Below are positions 9,599 to 20,175 of a stretch of DNA of 64,000 nt, piece by piece (within the stretch, counting starts at the first letter, position 1; each line of letters begins with the position of its first letter). A model generated the notes under the pieces. It was not told the DNA's origin, did not search any database, and saw only the letters and a program-made list of their open reading frames with translations. Position numbers and translations under genes: made by a program. Location of the stretch: positions 3,936,001 to 4,000,000 of the forward strand of contig CAVTTN010000002.1 of NCBI GenBank assembly GCA_963737655.1, written 5' to 3'. This stretch comes from an uncultured Planctomycetota bacterium. GTDB lineage: Bacteria > Planctomycetota > Planctomycetia > Isosphaerales > Isosphaeraceae.

Positions 9599-11666
9599 GT
9601 GGGAAAGGTCGTCAAGCAGGTCTGCCCGCTGGATTGCCCCGACACGTGCTCGATGAGCGTGACCGTCGAGGACGGGCGGGCCGTGGACCTCCGCGGCGAC
9701 CGCGACCATCCGTTCACCCGCGGGTTCCTCTGCCGGAAGATGGCGCGGTATCTCGACCGCGTGAACAGCCCCGATCGCCTGATGCATCCGATGAGGCGGG
9801 TCGGGCCGAGGGCTCGGGGCAATTTGAGCGGATCTCCTGGGATCAGGCCCTCGGCCTGATTTCCTCGACGTTTCAAGCCATCGCCGGGTCGCCCGACGGC
9901 CCCCAGGCGATCCTGCCGTACAGCTATTACGGGACGATGGGCAAGCTCCAGGCGAGCAGCCTGGACCGCCGGTTCTTCCACGCGATCGGCGCCTCGAAGC
10001 TCGACCGCACCATCTGCGCCTCGGCCGGCTCTCTCGGTTATGAATACACCGTGGGCCGGGGCCGCCTCGGGGCCGACCCGATGGGCGTCGCCGAGTGCAA
10101 GCTGATCGTGAACTGGGGATCGAACACGGTCCACACCAACAGCCACCTGTGGAGCCGGATGGTCCAGGCCCGGAAGCTCGGCGCGACGGTCGTCACGATC
10201 GATCCGTACCGGAGCGACACCGCCCGCCGATCCGACGTCCATCTCGCGATCCGCCCGGGGACCGACGCGGCCCTCGCCCTGGGAATCCTCCACGTGATCT
10301 GGCGAGACGGGCTCCAGGATCAGGAATACCTGACGGGCGCGACCGTCGGCGCCGACCTCCTCCGGGATCGGGCCTTGAACGAGTATGCACCCGACCGTGT
10401 GGCGACGATCACCGGGCTTTCCATCGACGAGATCGAGGCGTTTTCTCGCCTCTATGCGAAGACTCGGCCGTCGCTGATCCGCCTGAATTACGGCCTCCAG
10501 AGGCATCGGGGCGGCGGGATGGCGGTGCGGACGATCTCCTGCCTGCCGGCGGTCGTGGGGGCGTGGCGGGATTACGGAGGGGCGCCCTGCTCTCGACCAG
10601 CGGCGTCTACGACTTCGCGATGGACCGCCTGACCCGCCCCGACCTCTCGCCTCCCGGCACTCGCACCGTGAACATGAACGAGCTGGGCGAGGCCCTGGCC
10701 GGGGAGGTCCCGGGGCCTCCGGTCCGGGCGCTCTACGTGTATAACTGCAACCCGGCGGCCGTCTCCCCGAACGGGGCGAAGGTCCGCAAAGGTCTGATGC
10801 GCGACGACCTGTTCACGGTCGTCCATGAACAATTCCCGACCGATACGGCCGATTTCGCCGACGTGGTCCTGCCCGCCACGATGCAGCTCGAGCATGAAGA
10901 CGTCCACGGCTCCTACGGCCATCATTTCGTCATGTACAACCCGGCGAGCCTCGCGCCTCCCGGGGAATGCCGATCGAATAATGACGTGTTCCGAGGGCTG
11001 GCGGCACGGATGGGCCTCGATCGGGCCCTCTTCCCCGACGATTCGACGCTGATCCGCGAGGCCCTGGACGGCGGCCCGACGATGGCGGGGATCACCCTGG
11101 ATCGGCTGAAGGCCGAAGGCTCGATCCGCCTGAATCTGCCCGAGCGGTCGGCCCCGTTCGCCGAAGGGCGGTTCCCGACCGCGTCGGGCAAGTGCGAATT
11201 GTTCTCCGAGAGGATGCGGCGCGACGGCCTGGACCCTCTGCCGACGTACATCCCTCCCCTCGAAGACCCGCAGACCCGGCCCGACCTCGCCTCGACGTAC
11301 CCGCTTCAACTCCTGAGCCCGCCGAGGCCGCAGTTCCTCAATTCGACGTTCGCGAATTCCGAGTCGCATCGTCAGCAGGCGGGCGACCCGACGATCGAGC
11401 TCTCGGCCGAGGACGCGGAGAGTCGCGCGCTGATCGACGGCCAGTGGGCCGAGGTCTACAATAGTCGCGGGAGCTTCCGCGCCCGGGTCCGCCTGGCCGG
11501 GAGCGTCCGCCCGGGGGTGGCGGTCTCGACCGGGATCTACTGGAACAAGCTCAGTCCCGGCGGGTCGAACGTGAATTCGACCACCTCCTCGGCCCTGACC
11601 GACATGGGCGGCGGGGCCACGTTTTTCGACAACCTCGTGCAAGTCCGGGGGATCGACGAGCCATGA
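9599..11666 (+). CDS. Molybdopterin-dependent oxidoreductase (DMSO reductase/YoaE-like); frameshifts near 9810 and 10580
   Basis: CPLDCPDTC Fe-S motif, RISWDQAL, IRPGTDAALA, TADFADVVLPA and a C-terminal molydop-binding domain. Spread over three ORFs. Confidence 0.88.
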
Positions 11667-11956
11667 CGAGCCTGTTGCAACGCCTGGTCCGCCGCAAGCC
11701 CGAGGCGCCGAGCGTCCCGGTCACGGTCTTCACCCGCAAGGAATGCTGCTGCTGCCACAAGGCGCTCGAAGTCCTGCAGAAATATCGGCGCAAGTACCGT
11801 TTGGCGATCGAAGAGGTGGACATCGACGCCGACCCCGATCTCGTGGCGGCCCACGGACTGACCGTCCCGGTCGTGGCGATCGACGGCAAGGTTCGATTCC
11901 GGGGGGTGGTCAACCCCGTGCTGCTGGAGCGATTGCTGGCAGCCCGGGAGGCGTAA
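11663..11956 (+). CDS. Glutaredoxin-like protein (DUF836 type)
   Basis: VTVFTRKECCCCHKA, EEVDID and VPVVAIDGK. ATGA overlap with the upstream gene. Confidence 0.8.
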   Translation: MTSLLQRLVRRKPEAPSVPVTVFTRKECCCCHKALEVLQKYRRKYRLAIEEVDIDADPDLVAAHGLTVPVVAIDGKVRFRGVVNPVLLERLLAAREA

Positions 11957-11965
11957 GGCCCGAGG

Positions 11966-12250
11966 TCATCGGAAGCGGTCGAGGATCGCGATCCCGATCA
12001 GCCCGAGGAAGCCGAGGGCCGAGATGGGGAGCCCGGCGAGGAACATGAAGGACGCCAGACCGACGAGGATCTCGGGGTAATCCGCCGAGCCGCGAGGGCC
12101 CATCCCGATCATGAACGCGAAAATCCAGCCGGCGAGGCCGAGCGGGATCATCGCCACGCAGATGACGACCGAGAGCCTCGGCCACCTCGATGGAGGTGGG
12201 GGAGGCTCGGGTTCGGCGTCGGGCGGCCCGGAGTACAGCATTTCGGACAT
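11966..12250 (-). CDS. Small membrane protein, 2 TM segments
   Basis: Two hydrophobic stretches and an AGAGA RBS-like sequence upstream. Confidence 0.6.
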   Translation of the reverse strand: MSEMLYSGPPDAEPEPPPPPSRWPRLSVVICVAMIPLGLAGWIFAFMIGMGPRGSADYPEILVGLASFMFLAGLPISALGFLGLIGIAILDRFR

Positions 12251-12280
12251 CGATTTCTCTCGGTCTCGACGGAGGACGCC

Positions 12281-12904
12281 TCAGCCGGCCGGGTCGCGAC
12301 GTTGCGACCCGACCGCCATCGCGCCAATCCCCCCGCCGATGGCCGCGAGGGCGAGGCTCGCCAGCGAGTGCCCGGCCCTCCGGTAATTCTGGAGGCTGAA
12401 CACTCGAACGGGGGTCGATCCTCCTGCTACCGAGCCGAAATTCCCCCCGGTCGACGGATCGCTCTCGGTCGTCGGGCCGAGGGTCCAGATGGTGGCGCCG
12501 GGTCCGGGCTTCGGCGCGAATTGATCGAGGAGGACCGTGGTGATCAGGGGGGGAGCCGTCACGCCGTTCGAATTCCTCACGTAATTCGCGTTCATTCCGC
12601 CGCCCATGCCGCCCATCCCGCCGCCCATGCCGCCCATCCCGCCGACCCCCAACGGCCCGATGTCCGTGGGGCCGAAGACCAGGGCCAGGTAGCCGAGCCC
12701 GAAGATGGCGGCGCCTCCGCCGAAGGCCCGGGGGCGGCCCCGGCCGAACACGGCGAAGACCGCCCCGGCCGAGGGCACTGCCAGCGCCAGTGAATACATC
12801 CCGCTGGCCCAGAGGAGCGACGGCCTGGCCAGCGACGCCGCGCCGGCCGCCGCAAGGGCCACGACGATCATCATCCCGGCGATCGTGACTCGAAACCGCT
12901 TCAT
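12281..12904 (-). CDS. Hypothetical membrane protein with a Gly/Met-rich loop
   Basis: MKRFRVTIAGMMIVVA N-terminus, GGAGG RBS, about 4 TM segments. Confidence 0.7.
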   Translation of the reverse strand: MKRFRVTIAGMMIVVALAAAGAASLARPSLLWASGMYSLALAVPSAGAVFAVFGRGRPRAFGGGAAIFGLGYLALVFGPTDIGPLGVGGMGGMGGGMGGMGGGMNANYVRNSNGVTAPPLITTVLLDQFAPKPGPGATIWTLGPTTESDPSTGGNFGSVAGGSTPVRVFSLQNYRRAGHSLASLALAAIGGGIGAMAVGSQRRDPAG

Positions 12905-12987
12905 GGGGTATCCTCCGGCTTCCGTTCGATTGTATCCGTGCCGTCGCGACGCCCGCCATCGAGGCCCGACCCGGGGAGAGACGAATC

Positions 12988-13689
12988 ATGGCCTGGCCGA
13001 TGCCCGAAGGGGCCGTCCTGGGGATCTTTGCCAAGAGGCCCGACCCCGGGAGCGTCAAGACCCGGCTCGCCGCCGAGTTCGGCGACGAGTTCGCCGCCGA
13101 GGCCGCCGGGGCGATGGTCCTGGACCTCGCCGATCTGTGGGGTTCCGAGCGCATCCTGGAGGCCGGGGGCCGGCGAGTCCTCGTGTTCGCACCCGACGAC
13201 GCCGGCCCGTGGTTCGACGAGCGAATCCCCGCAGGATTGGCCCTTCAGCCCCAGGTCGAAGGCGACCTCGGCGACCGCATGAAGGCGTTTTTCGACGGGG
13301 AATTCGGGGACGGGGCGTCGCGGGTCGTCCTGATCGGCTCGGACAGCCCCACGCTGGACCCGTCGATCGTGATCTCGGCGTTCCTGACGCTCGAAAGCCG
13401 GGACGTGGTGCTCGGGCCGTCGGCCGACGGCGGGTATTACCTCGTGGGCTGCCGGCCTCCCACTCCGCCGATCTTCTCGGGGCCGTCGTGGGGGACGCCG
13501 GGCGTCCTGGAGGAGACGATCCATGCGTTGAAGGATTCCGGGCTCGCGCTCGGCGTCCTCCCGCCCTGGTATGACGTGGACACGCCCGACGATATTCGAT
13601 CGCTCCGGGGCCATCTCCGGGCGATGAGGAGGGCCGGGATCGACCCGATCTGCCCGAGGCTGGAAACCTTCCTGGGGCTCCGGGGGTAA
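12988..13689 (+). CDS. DUF2064/TIGR04282-type glycosyltransferase-A-fold protein
   Basis: FAKRPDPGSVKTRLA, QVEGDLGDRM, LIGSDSPTL, VLGPSADGGYYLVG, WYDVDTPDD. Confidence 0.88.
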   Translation: MAWPMPEGAVLGIFAKRPDPGSVKTRLAAEFGDEFAAEAAGAMVLDLADLWGSERILEAGGRRVLVFAPDDAGPWFDERIPAGLALQPQVEGDLGDRMKAFFDGEFGDGASRVVLIGSDSPTLDPSIVISAFLTLESRDVVLGPSADGGYYLVGCRPPTPPIFSGPSWGTPGVLEETIHALKDSGLALGVLPPWYDVDTPDDIRSLRGHLRAMRRAGIDPICPRLETFLGLRG

Positions 13690-13727
13690 CCCGGACGTCT
13701 CGTGATCGCGTCCCGGAGGCTCAAGCC

Positions 13728-14942
13728 ATGACCGCTTCTCTCCTGCTGGCCCTCTGTCTGACGGTCGGCGACATCGTCCCGCCGTCGGCCGATTCGTTCC
13801 TGAGGGAGGGGAAGCTCGCCGAGGGGGAGGCCGCCCTGGCCGACACGATCGCCGGCAACCCGAAGGACTCGGCCTCGCGGTTCGGCCTGGGCGTCGTGCA
13901 ATTCTTGAGGGGCGTCGAAACGCTCGTGCAGGGCTTCCACCGGTACGGCCTCCAGCCCGATCCGACCGGCGGGAACGTCTGGTTCCTCCGTCTCCCGGTG
14001 CCCGCGAACCCTCATCCCGAGCCGATCGCCTACGAAGACCTCCGCGCCCTGATCGAACGGCTGAACGCCGACCTGGCGAGGGCCGAGGCGACCCTTTCGA
14101 GGGTCGAAGACCCCGACGTGAAGCTGCCGATCCATTTCGGCGAGGTCCGCCTCGACCTCGACGGCGACGGCAAGGCCACGGACGAGGAGGCGCTCTGGTC
14201 GCTCTACAAGAGGCTGAACGGGCAGGCCCGGAACATCTCGGCCGACGACGCCCGCCGGTTCGTGATCGCGTTCGATCGCGGGGACGTGGCGTGGCTCCGG
14301 GGCTATTGTCATCTGCTCATGGCGTTCTGCGAGGTCTACCTCGCCCACGACGGGAGGGCGCTCTTCGACCATTCGGCCCACCTCTTCTTCCCGAAGACGA
14401 AGACCCCGTTTCCTTTCCTGAAGCACGATCTCCGGCCGAACCAGTGGCAGCCGGCGCAGATCTCCGACGTGATCGCGTTCGTTCATATGATCCGCCTTCC
14501 CGTGAGGGAGCCGAAGAGGGCCGGCGCGGCCCTGAGGCACCTGGAGGCGATGATCCCGCTCAGCCGCGAGTCCTGGAAGGCGTACCTGGAGGAGACCGAC
14601 GACGATCGCGAGTGGATCCCGAACCCGAGGCAAACGACCGTGATGCCGGGCGTGAGGGTCACCGAGGAGATGGTCAAGGGCTGGTTCTCGTTCCTCGACG
14701 AGGCCGAATCGATCCTCGGCGGCAAGACGCTGGTGCCGTTCTGGAGGGACGCCGGGGGCAAGGGCGTGAACCTCCGCCGGGTCTTCACCGAGCCGACGGA
14801 CCTCGATCCCGTCCTCTGGTTCCAGGGGACGGCCGCGGCGCCGTATCTGGAGGAGGGGAAGGTGACGTCGGTCGAGACGTGGCGGAGGCTCCAGAGGGTC
14901 TTCGGCGGCGAGTTCGTCGGCTTCGCCCTCTGGTTCAACTGA
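13728..14942 (+). CDS. Secreted hypothetical protein
   Basis: Signal peptide and GGAGG RBS; conserved-looking motifs FDRGDVAWLRGY, ETDDDREWIPNP and a FALWFN C-terminus. Confidence 0.75.
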   Translation: MTASLLLALCLTVGDIVPPSADSFLREGKLAEGEAALADTIAGNPKDSASRFGLGVVQFLRGVETLVQGFHRYGLQPDPTGGNVWFLRLPVPANPHPEPIAYEDLRALIERLNADLARAEATLSRVEDPDVKLPIHFGEVRLDLDGDGKATDEEALWSLYKRLNGQARNISADDARRFVIAFDRGDVAWLRGYCHLLMAFCEVYLAHDGRALFDHSAHLFFPKTKTPFPFLKHDLRPNQWQPAQISDVIAFVHMIRLPVREPKRAGAALRHLEAMIPLSRESWKAYLEETDDDREWIPNPRQTTVMPGVRVTEEMVKGWFSFLDEAESILGGKTLVPFWRDAGGKGVNLRRVFTEPTDLDPVLWFQGTAAAPYLEEGKVTSVETWRRLQRVFGGEFVGFALWFN

Positions 14943-15041
14943 GAGAGGCGCGCCCGCCCCCGTCGGGCGATTGATCGGCCGGTCCCGAGGGGCTACGATG
15001 CGGGCCGTCGTCGCCCTCTCTCCCGCTCGCGAGGCCCCGTC

Positions 15042-16343
15042 ATGATCCAGGTCGGATTCGGAAGCGGCGACATCACGCCCGAGGTCGGGATGAACATGCC
15101 CGGAGGGTTCTACAAGAACCCGGGCCAGGGCGTCCTCGCCCCCCTCCTGGCCTCGGCGTGCGTCGTCCACGACGGGACGGCCTGGGCGGCGCTCGTGGGC
15201 GTCGATGCCCTGGGGATCACCCGGGACGTCGTCGAGAGGGCGAGGGCGGCGATCGCCGAGAAGACGAAGGTCCCCGGGGCGAACGTCCTGATCGGCGCCA
15301 ATCATTCGCACAGCGGGGGGCCGGCGGTCCCGGGCCTGGATTTCGACGTCGATCCTAAATATGCGGACATGCTGGTCTCGGGGATCGTCTCGGCCGTGGT
15401 CGGGGCGACGAACTCGCTCCACGGGGCGGAGGTCGGCGTCGGCAGGGGCGAGGAGCCGACGATCGCCTTCAATCGCCGGTTCCTGATGCGAGACGGCCGG
15501 GAGATCACGCATCCCGGCAAGCCGGGGACGCCCCATCACGAGGAGATCGCCCGCGCCGCCGGGCCGACCGACCCGGCCGTCGGCGTGATGGCGTTCCGGG
15601 CCCCGGGAAACGGGCCGATCCTCGGCCTGGTGGTGAACTTCGCGTGCCATTCGACGATCGTCGGCGGCAACCGCTTCCATCCGGATTACGCCGGGTTCTT
15701 GCGCCAGTATTTGAAGGCCCGATATGGCGAGGGCGTCGGCGTGGTCTTCCTGCTCGGGGCGTGCGGCGATCTCACGCAGGTGGACAACACGGCGCCGGGC
15801 AGCGAGTTCGGCGTGGATTACTGCAACCTCGTGGGCCAGAAGCTCGCGGCCGAGGCGGCCAGGACTATCCTGAGGATGGAGTGGGAGCCGGTCGCGACGA
15901 TCGCCGTGGCGAGCGAGAGGGTGCCGCTGACCGTGAGGCCCGAGCCCGACGTCGCCCGGGAGAAGCCGCCCTATGGCCTGGGCTCGTCGTGGGACGAGCA
16001 GTTCGCCAAGGGCCGCGCGAAGGTCGCCGCGATCCGGGAGAAGACGCCGACCGTGCCGGTCGAGGTCCAGGCGGTGCGGATCGGCAAGCTCGGGATCGTC
16101 ACCAACCCCTCGGAATTCTTCTGCGACCTCGGTTTGAGGATCAAGGACGCCTCGACGTTGTATCCCACGTGGGTCGTCTCGCTCGCCAACGACGCGATCG
16201 GCTACGTCCCGACCGCCGAGGCGATGCTCGCCGGAGGCTACGAGTGCCGGACCACGATCAGCAGCATGTGGGCGATCGACGCCGGGCAGTTGCTGGTGGA
16301 GGCGTCGTTGCGCGCGTTGAACAAGGTTCATCCCGAGGAGTGA
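15042..16343 (+). CDS. Neutral/alkaline ceramidase-like metallohydrolase
   Basis: DITP, ANHSHSGGP, FNRR, NFACH, GACGD, LANDAIGYVPT..GGYE. Confidence 0.85.
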   Translation: MIQVGFGSGDITPEVGMNMPGGFYKNPGQGVLAPLLASACVVHDGTAWAALVGVDALGITRDVVERARAAIAEKTKVPGANVLIGANHSHSGGPAVPGLDFDVDPKYADMLVSGIVSAVVGATNSLHGAEVGVGRGEEPTIAFNRRFLMRDGREITHPGKPGTPHHEEIARAAGPTDPAVGVMAFRAPGNGPILGLVVNFACHSTIVGGNRFHPDYAGFLRQYLKARYGEGVGVVFLLGACGDLTQVDNTAPGSEFGVDYCNLVGQKLAAEAARTILRMEWEPVATIAVASERVPLTVRPEPDVAREKPPYGLGSSWDEQFAKGRAKVAAIREKTPTVPVEVQAVRIGKLGIVTNPSEFFCDLGLRIKDASTLYPTWVVSLANDAIGYVPTAEAMLAGGYECRTTISSMWAIDAGQLLVEASLRALNKVHPEE

Positions 16344-16358
16344 TCACGCCCCCTCGGC

Positions 16359-17072
16359 TCATTGGAGCTTCAGTCGAGGCTTCTGATCGGCCTTCGCGAT
16401 CCCCGCGCCGAAGAACGTGGCGGCGACGTCGGCGTCGCCCGGGACGACGACCAGGCGGACGGTCTTGCCGGCCTTCCTCGCCTCGCTCAGGAGGGCTTTG
16501 GCGGCGTCGTCCAGGGTCAGCTTGAACACGACCGGGTCGCCGGTCTTGCTCCGGGAGAACTGGCCCGATCCGGCCGGGATCAGGCCCTTCAACTGATCGC
16601 CCACGCCCCCTTCGGCCATCATGAGGAACTTCAAGGGAGAGGGAGCCGGATTCGCCTCGGCCTCGGCCTTCGGGGCGTCCTTCGCGACCTGGCCCTCCCG
16701 GGCGGCCTCGGCCCTCGCCGGGGCGGCGATCGACGTGGCGGTGTCGGTCGCGAGGAAGAATTTGAGGGCGCCGTCCTTCGAGAAGTCCGTGAGGCTCTGG
16801 GTCAGTTCCAGGGACGCCTCGCGGGTCGTCGCGTCCTCGGAGGACGCGGGGATCGGGAAGTCGAGGACGCCGAACGAGGCATATCTGCCGTCCTGGCCGT
16901 TGTTCTTCCCCTCGACGTTGAAGTACGAGGAGCCGGATCGCCCGGCCCGGGGGCCGGCGAGCTGGACCGTCGCCCCGGCCGTCGCGGCTTGCTCCACGCC
17001 CGCCCGGGCGTCCGTGACGAGCGACGAGGCCATCAGGAGGAGGAGGGTCGGCAGGGCGACGGTTCGGGACAT
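16359..17072 (-). CDS. Secreted hypothetical protein
   Basis: Signal peptide MSRTVALPTLLLL..ARA, YFNVEGKNNG and a C-terminal PRLKL. Confidence 0.7.
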   Translation of the reverse strand: MSRTVALPTLLLLMASSLVTDARAGVEQAATAGATVQLAGPRAGRSGSSYFNVEGKNNGQDGRYASFGVLDFPIPASSEDATTREASLELTQSLTDFSKDGALKFFLATDTATSIAAPARAEAAREGQVAKDAPKAEAEANPAPSPLKFLMMAEGGVGDQLKGLIPAGSGQFSRSKTGDPVVFKLTLDDAAKALLSEARKAGKTVRLVVVPGDADVAATFFGAGIAKADQKPRLKLQ

Positions 17073-17201
17073 CGGCGAGCCTCGGTCCGAGTGAGGTCGA
17101 ACGGGGAATCCGGGGCAAGATAGCAAGGGGAGGCGGCGAGTCCGAGGAGATCCGGCGACGTTTCGATGAAGACGGAACGCGGCCCCGAGCGCCCGGAGTT
17201 G

Positions 17202-18317
17202 TCAGGCGATCCCGGGCAGGCGGTCCGCCACTCCGGCCGATTCGAACGTGGCCATGTCGCGGAGGATGTCGGCGGCCGAGGCGATCAGGGGGAGGGCCAG
17301 GACGGCCCCGGAGCCTTCGCCGAGGCGGAGTTCCAGGTCGAGCAGGGGCTTGAGGCCGAGGGCCTCCAGAGCGATCCGGTGGCCGGGCTCGGTCCCGAGG
17401 TGAGCGGCGATCATCGAGCCGACGATCGACGGGCAGAGCCTGGCCGCGATCAGGCCGGCCGCCGTGCTGATCAGGCCGTCCAGGACCACCAGGGCCCCGT
17501 TCTGGGCGGCGCCGACGGCCGCACCGGCCATCGCGAGAATCTCGAAGCCGCCGATCCGGGCGAGCCAGTCCCAGCGGTCCCGGCAATCCGGGCCGTGGAG
17601 CCGCAAGGCCAGGTCCACGGCGTCGATCTTGCGACGGAGGCCGGCTTCATCCACGCCCGTGCCCCGGCCGACGACCGTTTCGGGCGACGCGCCGGTCATC
17701 GCGGCGATCAGGGCGGCGGCGGACGTGCTGTTGCCGATGCCCATCTCGCCCAGGGCCACGACGCGGACCCCCGGCGCCTCCTCGCCTTGCTTCGTCTCGG
17801 CGAAGGCGAGGTTTCGCCCCTGGAGGAACGCCCGAAACGCCTCGTCGCGGGTCATCGCGGGGCCTTCGAGGAAGTTGGACGTCCCTCGGCGGATCGGCCA
17901 GAAGACGACCCCGGGACCTCCGCGAGGGAGGAACGGCGGATGCTTCACGCCCATGTTCACCACGACCACCCGCGACCCGGCGCGTCGGGCCAGGATGTTG
18001 ACCGCGGCCCCTCCTCGGACGAAATTCGCCACCATCTGGCCGGTGACCGCCTGGGGATAGGCGCTCACGCCGGCCTCGGCCACGCCATGATCGGCGGCGA
18101 AGATCAGGACGACCGACGGCTCCCCGTCGGGCGCGGCGGTCCTCTGGAGCCCGGCGAGCTGGCGGCCGATTTCCAGGAGGCGGCCGAGGCTCCCGGTCGG
18201 CATCGTCAGCCGACCCTGCTTCTCGGCCGCGAGGGCCACCCAGGCCGGGTCGGGCGGGCCGACCGCGGCCAGGGCGACGTGGATCTCGGGGGGGACCGGC
18301 GTCGATTCGTCGCTCAT
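17202..18317 (-). CDS. cobT: Nicotinate-nucleotide-dimethylbenzimidazole phosphoribosyltransferase
   Basis: LTMPTGSLGRL, FAADHGV, GEMGIGNST, GRGTG, GGFEI, LRLGEGSGA. Confidence 0.95.
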   Translation of the reverse strand: MSDESTPVPPEIHVALAAVGPPDPAWVALAAEKQGRLTMPTGSLGRLLEIGRQLAGLQRTAAPDGEPSVVLIFAADHGVAEAGVSAYPQAVTGQMVANFVRGGAAVNILARRAGSRVVVVNMGVKHPPFLPRGGPGVVFWPIRRGTSNFLEGPAMTRDEAFRAFLQGRNLAFAETKQGEEAPGVRVVALGEMGIGNSTSAAALIAAMTGASPETVVGRGTGVDEAGLRRKIDAVDLALRLHGPDCRDRWDWLARIGGFEILAMAGAAVGAAQNGALVVLDGLISTAAGLIAARLCPSIVGSMIAAHLGTEPGHRIALEALGLKPLLDLELRLGEGSGAVLALPLIASAADILRDMATFESAGVADRLPGIA

Positions 18318-18344
18318 CGTCGGCTCGGCTCGGCTCAGATCGGC

Positions 18345-18833
18345 TCAGATCACGATGGGCTTGCCCGAGGTCCGGCGGACGGCCACGAACTGGCCGACGT
18401 GCATCATCGTGTGCAGCCCCATGAAGTTGATCTTGTGGCCCACCGTCGGGCACATACCGTTGAAGGTGTTCTGCGGGGCCTCGCTCAGCGCGGCGTCATC
18501 GAGCCGGTCCAGGACGGCCAGGGTGGCGGCATACTGGTCGTCCCACACCTTCACGTATTCGTCCTTGGTCAGGTAGTTCGCCCCGGGGTTCGCGGCGGCC
18601 TCCTTGTTGTGCATGTCGTCGAACCCGTCGGGCAAGGCGGGGCACGACCCGGGCGAGATCTCTTCGATCACCTTCCGCTCGACCGAGAGCAGATGGCCCA
18701 GCTGCCAGGCGATCGGGTTCATCCCGGGGACGGGCCGGGCGAGGAGGTCCTCGTCGGAGAGGTCCTTGATGTAATCCTTGACGATGTGCGTGCTCGAGTT
18801 GAGCGTCTGGCGGATGATGTCCTTCGATTCCAC
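18345..18833 (-). CDS. DinB-family protein
   Basis: GTG start with a GAGGG RBS; NPIAWQLGHL and HTMMHVGQ. It is the C-terminal part of ORF 18345..19502. Confidence 0.85.
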   Translation of the reverse strand: MESKDIIRQTLNSSTHIVKDYIKDLSDEDLLARPVPGMNPIAWQLGHLLSVERKVIEEISPGSCPALPDGFDDMHNKEAAANPGANYLTKDEYVKVWDDQYAATLAVLDRLDDAALSEAPQNTFNGMCPTVGHKINFMGLHTMMHVGQFVAVRRTSGKPIVI

Positions 18834-18874
18834 GAGAAATCCCTCAAGGCGATGGAGAGTCGGGAGGCCCCGGA

Positions 18875-19927
18875 TCAGCGCGACGCCGCGCCCGGGGGCG
18901 TTCCCGTCGAGAAGTCCGCGATGAACAACTGCGATTTCTTGTCGGCCGTCCGCCCGCTGGACGTCCACATCAGCGTCTTGCCGTCGGGGCTGACGATCGG
19001 CAGGCCGTCGAACCCGTCGTGATACGTGATCCGCTCCTCCCGGCCGGTCTCGGTGTCCATCAGGTAGATCTCGTAATTCTGATGGCCGTGGCGGCTGGTG
19101 GCGTAGACGATGTGGCGGCTGTCGGGCAGGAACGACGGCCCCCAGTTCACGAATTCGTTGGACGTCAGGGCCCGTTCGGCGGTGCCTTCGGGGTTGTTGA
19201 TGAAGACCTGCAACAGGTCGTTGTCCTTGCGATCGCTCCGATAGATGATCTTCTTGCCGTCGGGCGAGAAGAACGGGCCGCCGTCGTAGCCCGGCTTGCT
19301 GGTGATCCGCTTCGGGTTCTTGCCGTCGGCGTCCATGATGTAGATCTCCGCGTTCCCGTCGCGGAAGGACGTGAAGATGATCTTCGATCCGTCCGGCGAG
19401 TACGAGCCCTCGGCGTCGTAGCCCGGGGTGTCGGTCAGGCGGACGAGGTGGGAGCCGTCGAGATCGGCCTTGAAGAGATCCATGCCCACCGGGAATTCCC
19501 ACTTGTACCGCTCGGTCCGGCTATACGCGGGACCCTTGGGGCCGGAGGGCGTCGGGTCCAGGTGCGAGGAGGCGAAGAGGATCGACTTGCCATCGGGGGC
19601 ATAGAACGCGCAGGTGCAGGCCCCCTTCCCCGTGCTCACCCGCTTCGGGACGGCGTTCTCGGCGAGGTCGGCGGTGTAGATCTGGTAATCGGTCTCGTTG
19701 TCGGTGGGCGAGTGGAAGATCGACGGCGGGACGTTCGGGACGGCCTGGAAGATGATCGCCTTGCCGTCGGGCCGGAAGTAGCCCTCGCCGGCCTTGTTGA
19801 ACCCGTAGGTGACCTGGCGGACGTTCGTGAGATGCCGGGCCTCGCTCGCGGCGTCCTCGGCCGTCTGGACGGGTCCGGCGGCGGGCCTCTGGCCCAGGGC
19901 AGCCGAGAGGACGAGGAGCGTCAGCAT
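18875..19927 (-). CDS. TolB-like PD40/WD40 beta-propeller protein
   Basis: AGEGYFRPDG, GYDAEGSYSPDG, YDGGPFFSPDG, FDGLPIVSPDG; signal peptide. Confidence 0.9.
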   Translation of the reverse strand: MLTLLVLSAALGQRPAAGPVQTAEDAASEARHLTNVRQVTYGFNKAGEGYFRPDGKAIIFQAVPNVPPSIFHSPTDNETDYQIYTADLAENAVPKRVSTGKGACTCAFYAPDGKSILFASSHLDPTPSGPKGPAYSRTERYKWEFPVGMDLFKADLDGSHLVRLTDTPGYDAEGSYSPDGSKIIFTSFRDGNAEIYIMDADGKNPKRITSKPGYDGGPFFSPDGKKIIYRSDRKDNDLLQVFINNPEGTAERALTSNEFVNWGPSFLPDSRHIVYATSRHGHQNYEIYLMDTETGREERITYHDGFDGLPIVSPDGKTLMWTSSGRTADKKSQLFIADFSTGTPPGAASR

Positions 19928-19999
19928 GGCGAGGGTTCCTTCGGTGGGCTTCGGAGGGCTTCCGAGTGCTGAGGGCCGAGCTGAGTGCTGAGTTTGGTT

Positions 20000-20020
20000 G
20001 GTGCATTTCATGCACCCTAC
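20000..20020 (-). repeat. Single GTAG-family REP, next to short GAGTGCT-type repeats
   Basis: GGTGCATTTCATGCACCCTAC, identical to the other copies, preceded by GAGTGCTGAG..GCTGAGTGCTGAG (about 19964-19992). Confidence 0.88.
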
Positions 20021-20175
20021 GTGAGGGTGTGTTTCCTGCACCGGATTTAGGGCTCTTCCTTCAGCGGCGCGGGGGATTGCACTCGCTCGACGGGTTTCCG
20101 GCTTTCGCTTGCGTGCCTAGTATAGGCCCGTCGGTCCCGGGAGCCAACCTCCTACCCCGTTCGGAGCGCCCGCCC

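Noticed and set aside
12595..12645. Tandem DNA repeat CCGCCCAT(G/C)
   Set aside because: It simply encodes a GGM-rich low-complexity loop.
19928..20175. Cobalamin riboswitch between the cobT-side operon and the adenosyltransferase
   Set aside because: No recognisable B12-box; part of the space is taken by a REP and short repeats.
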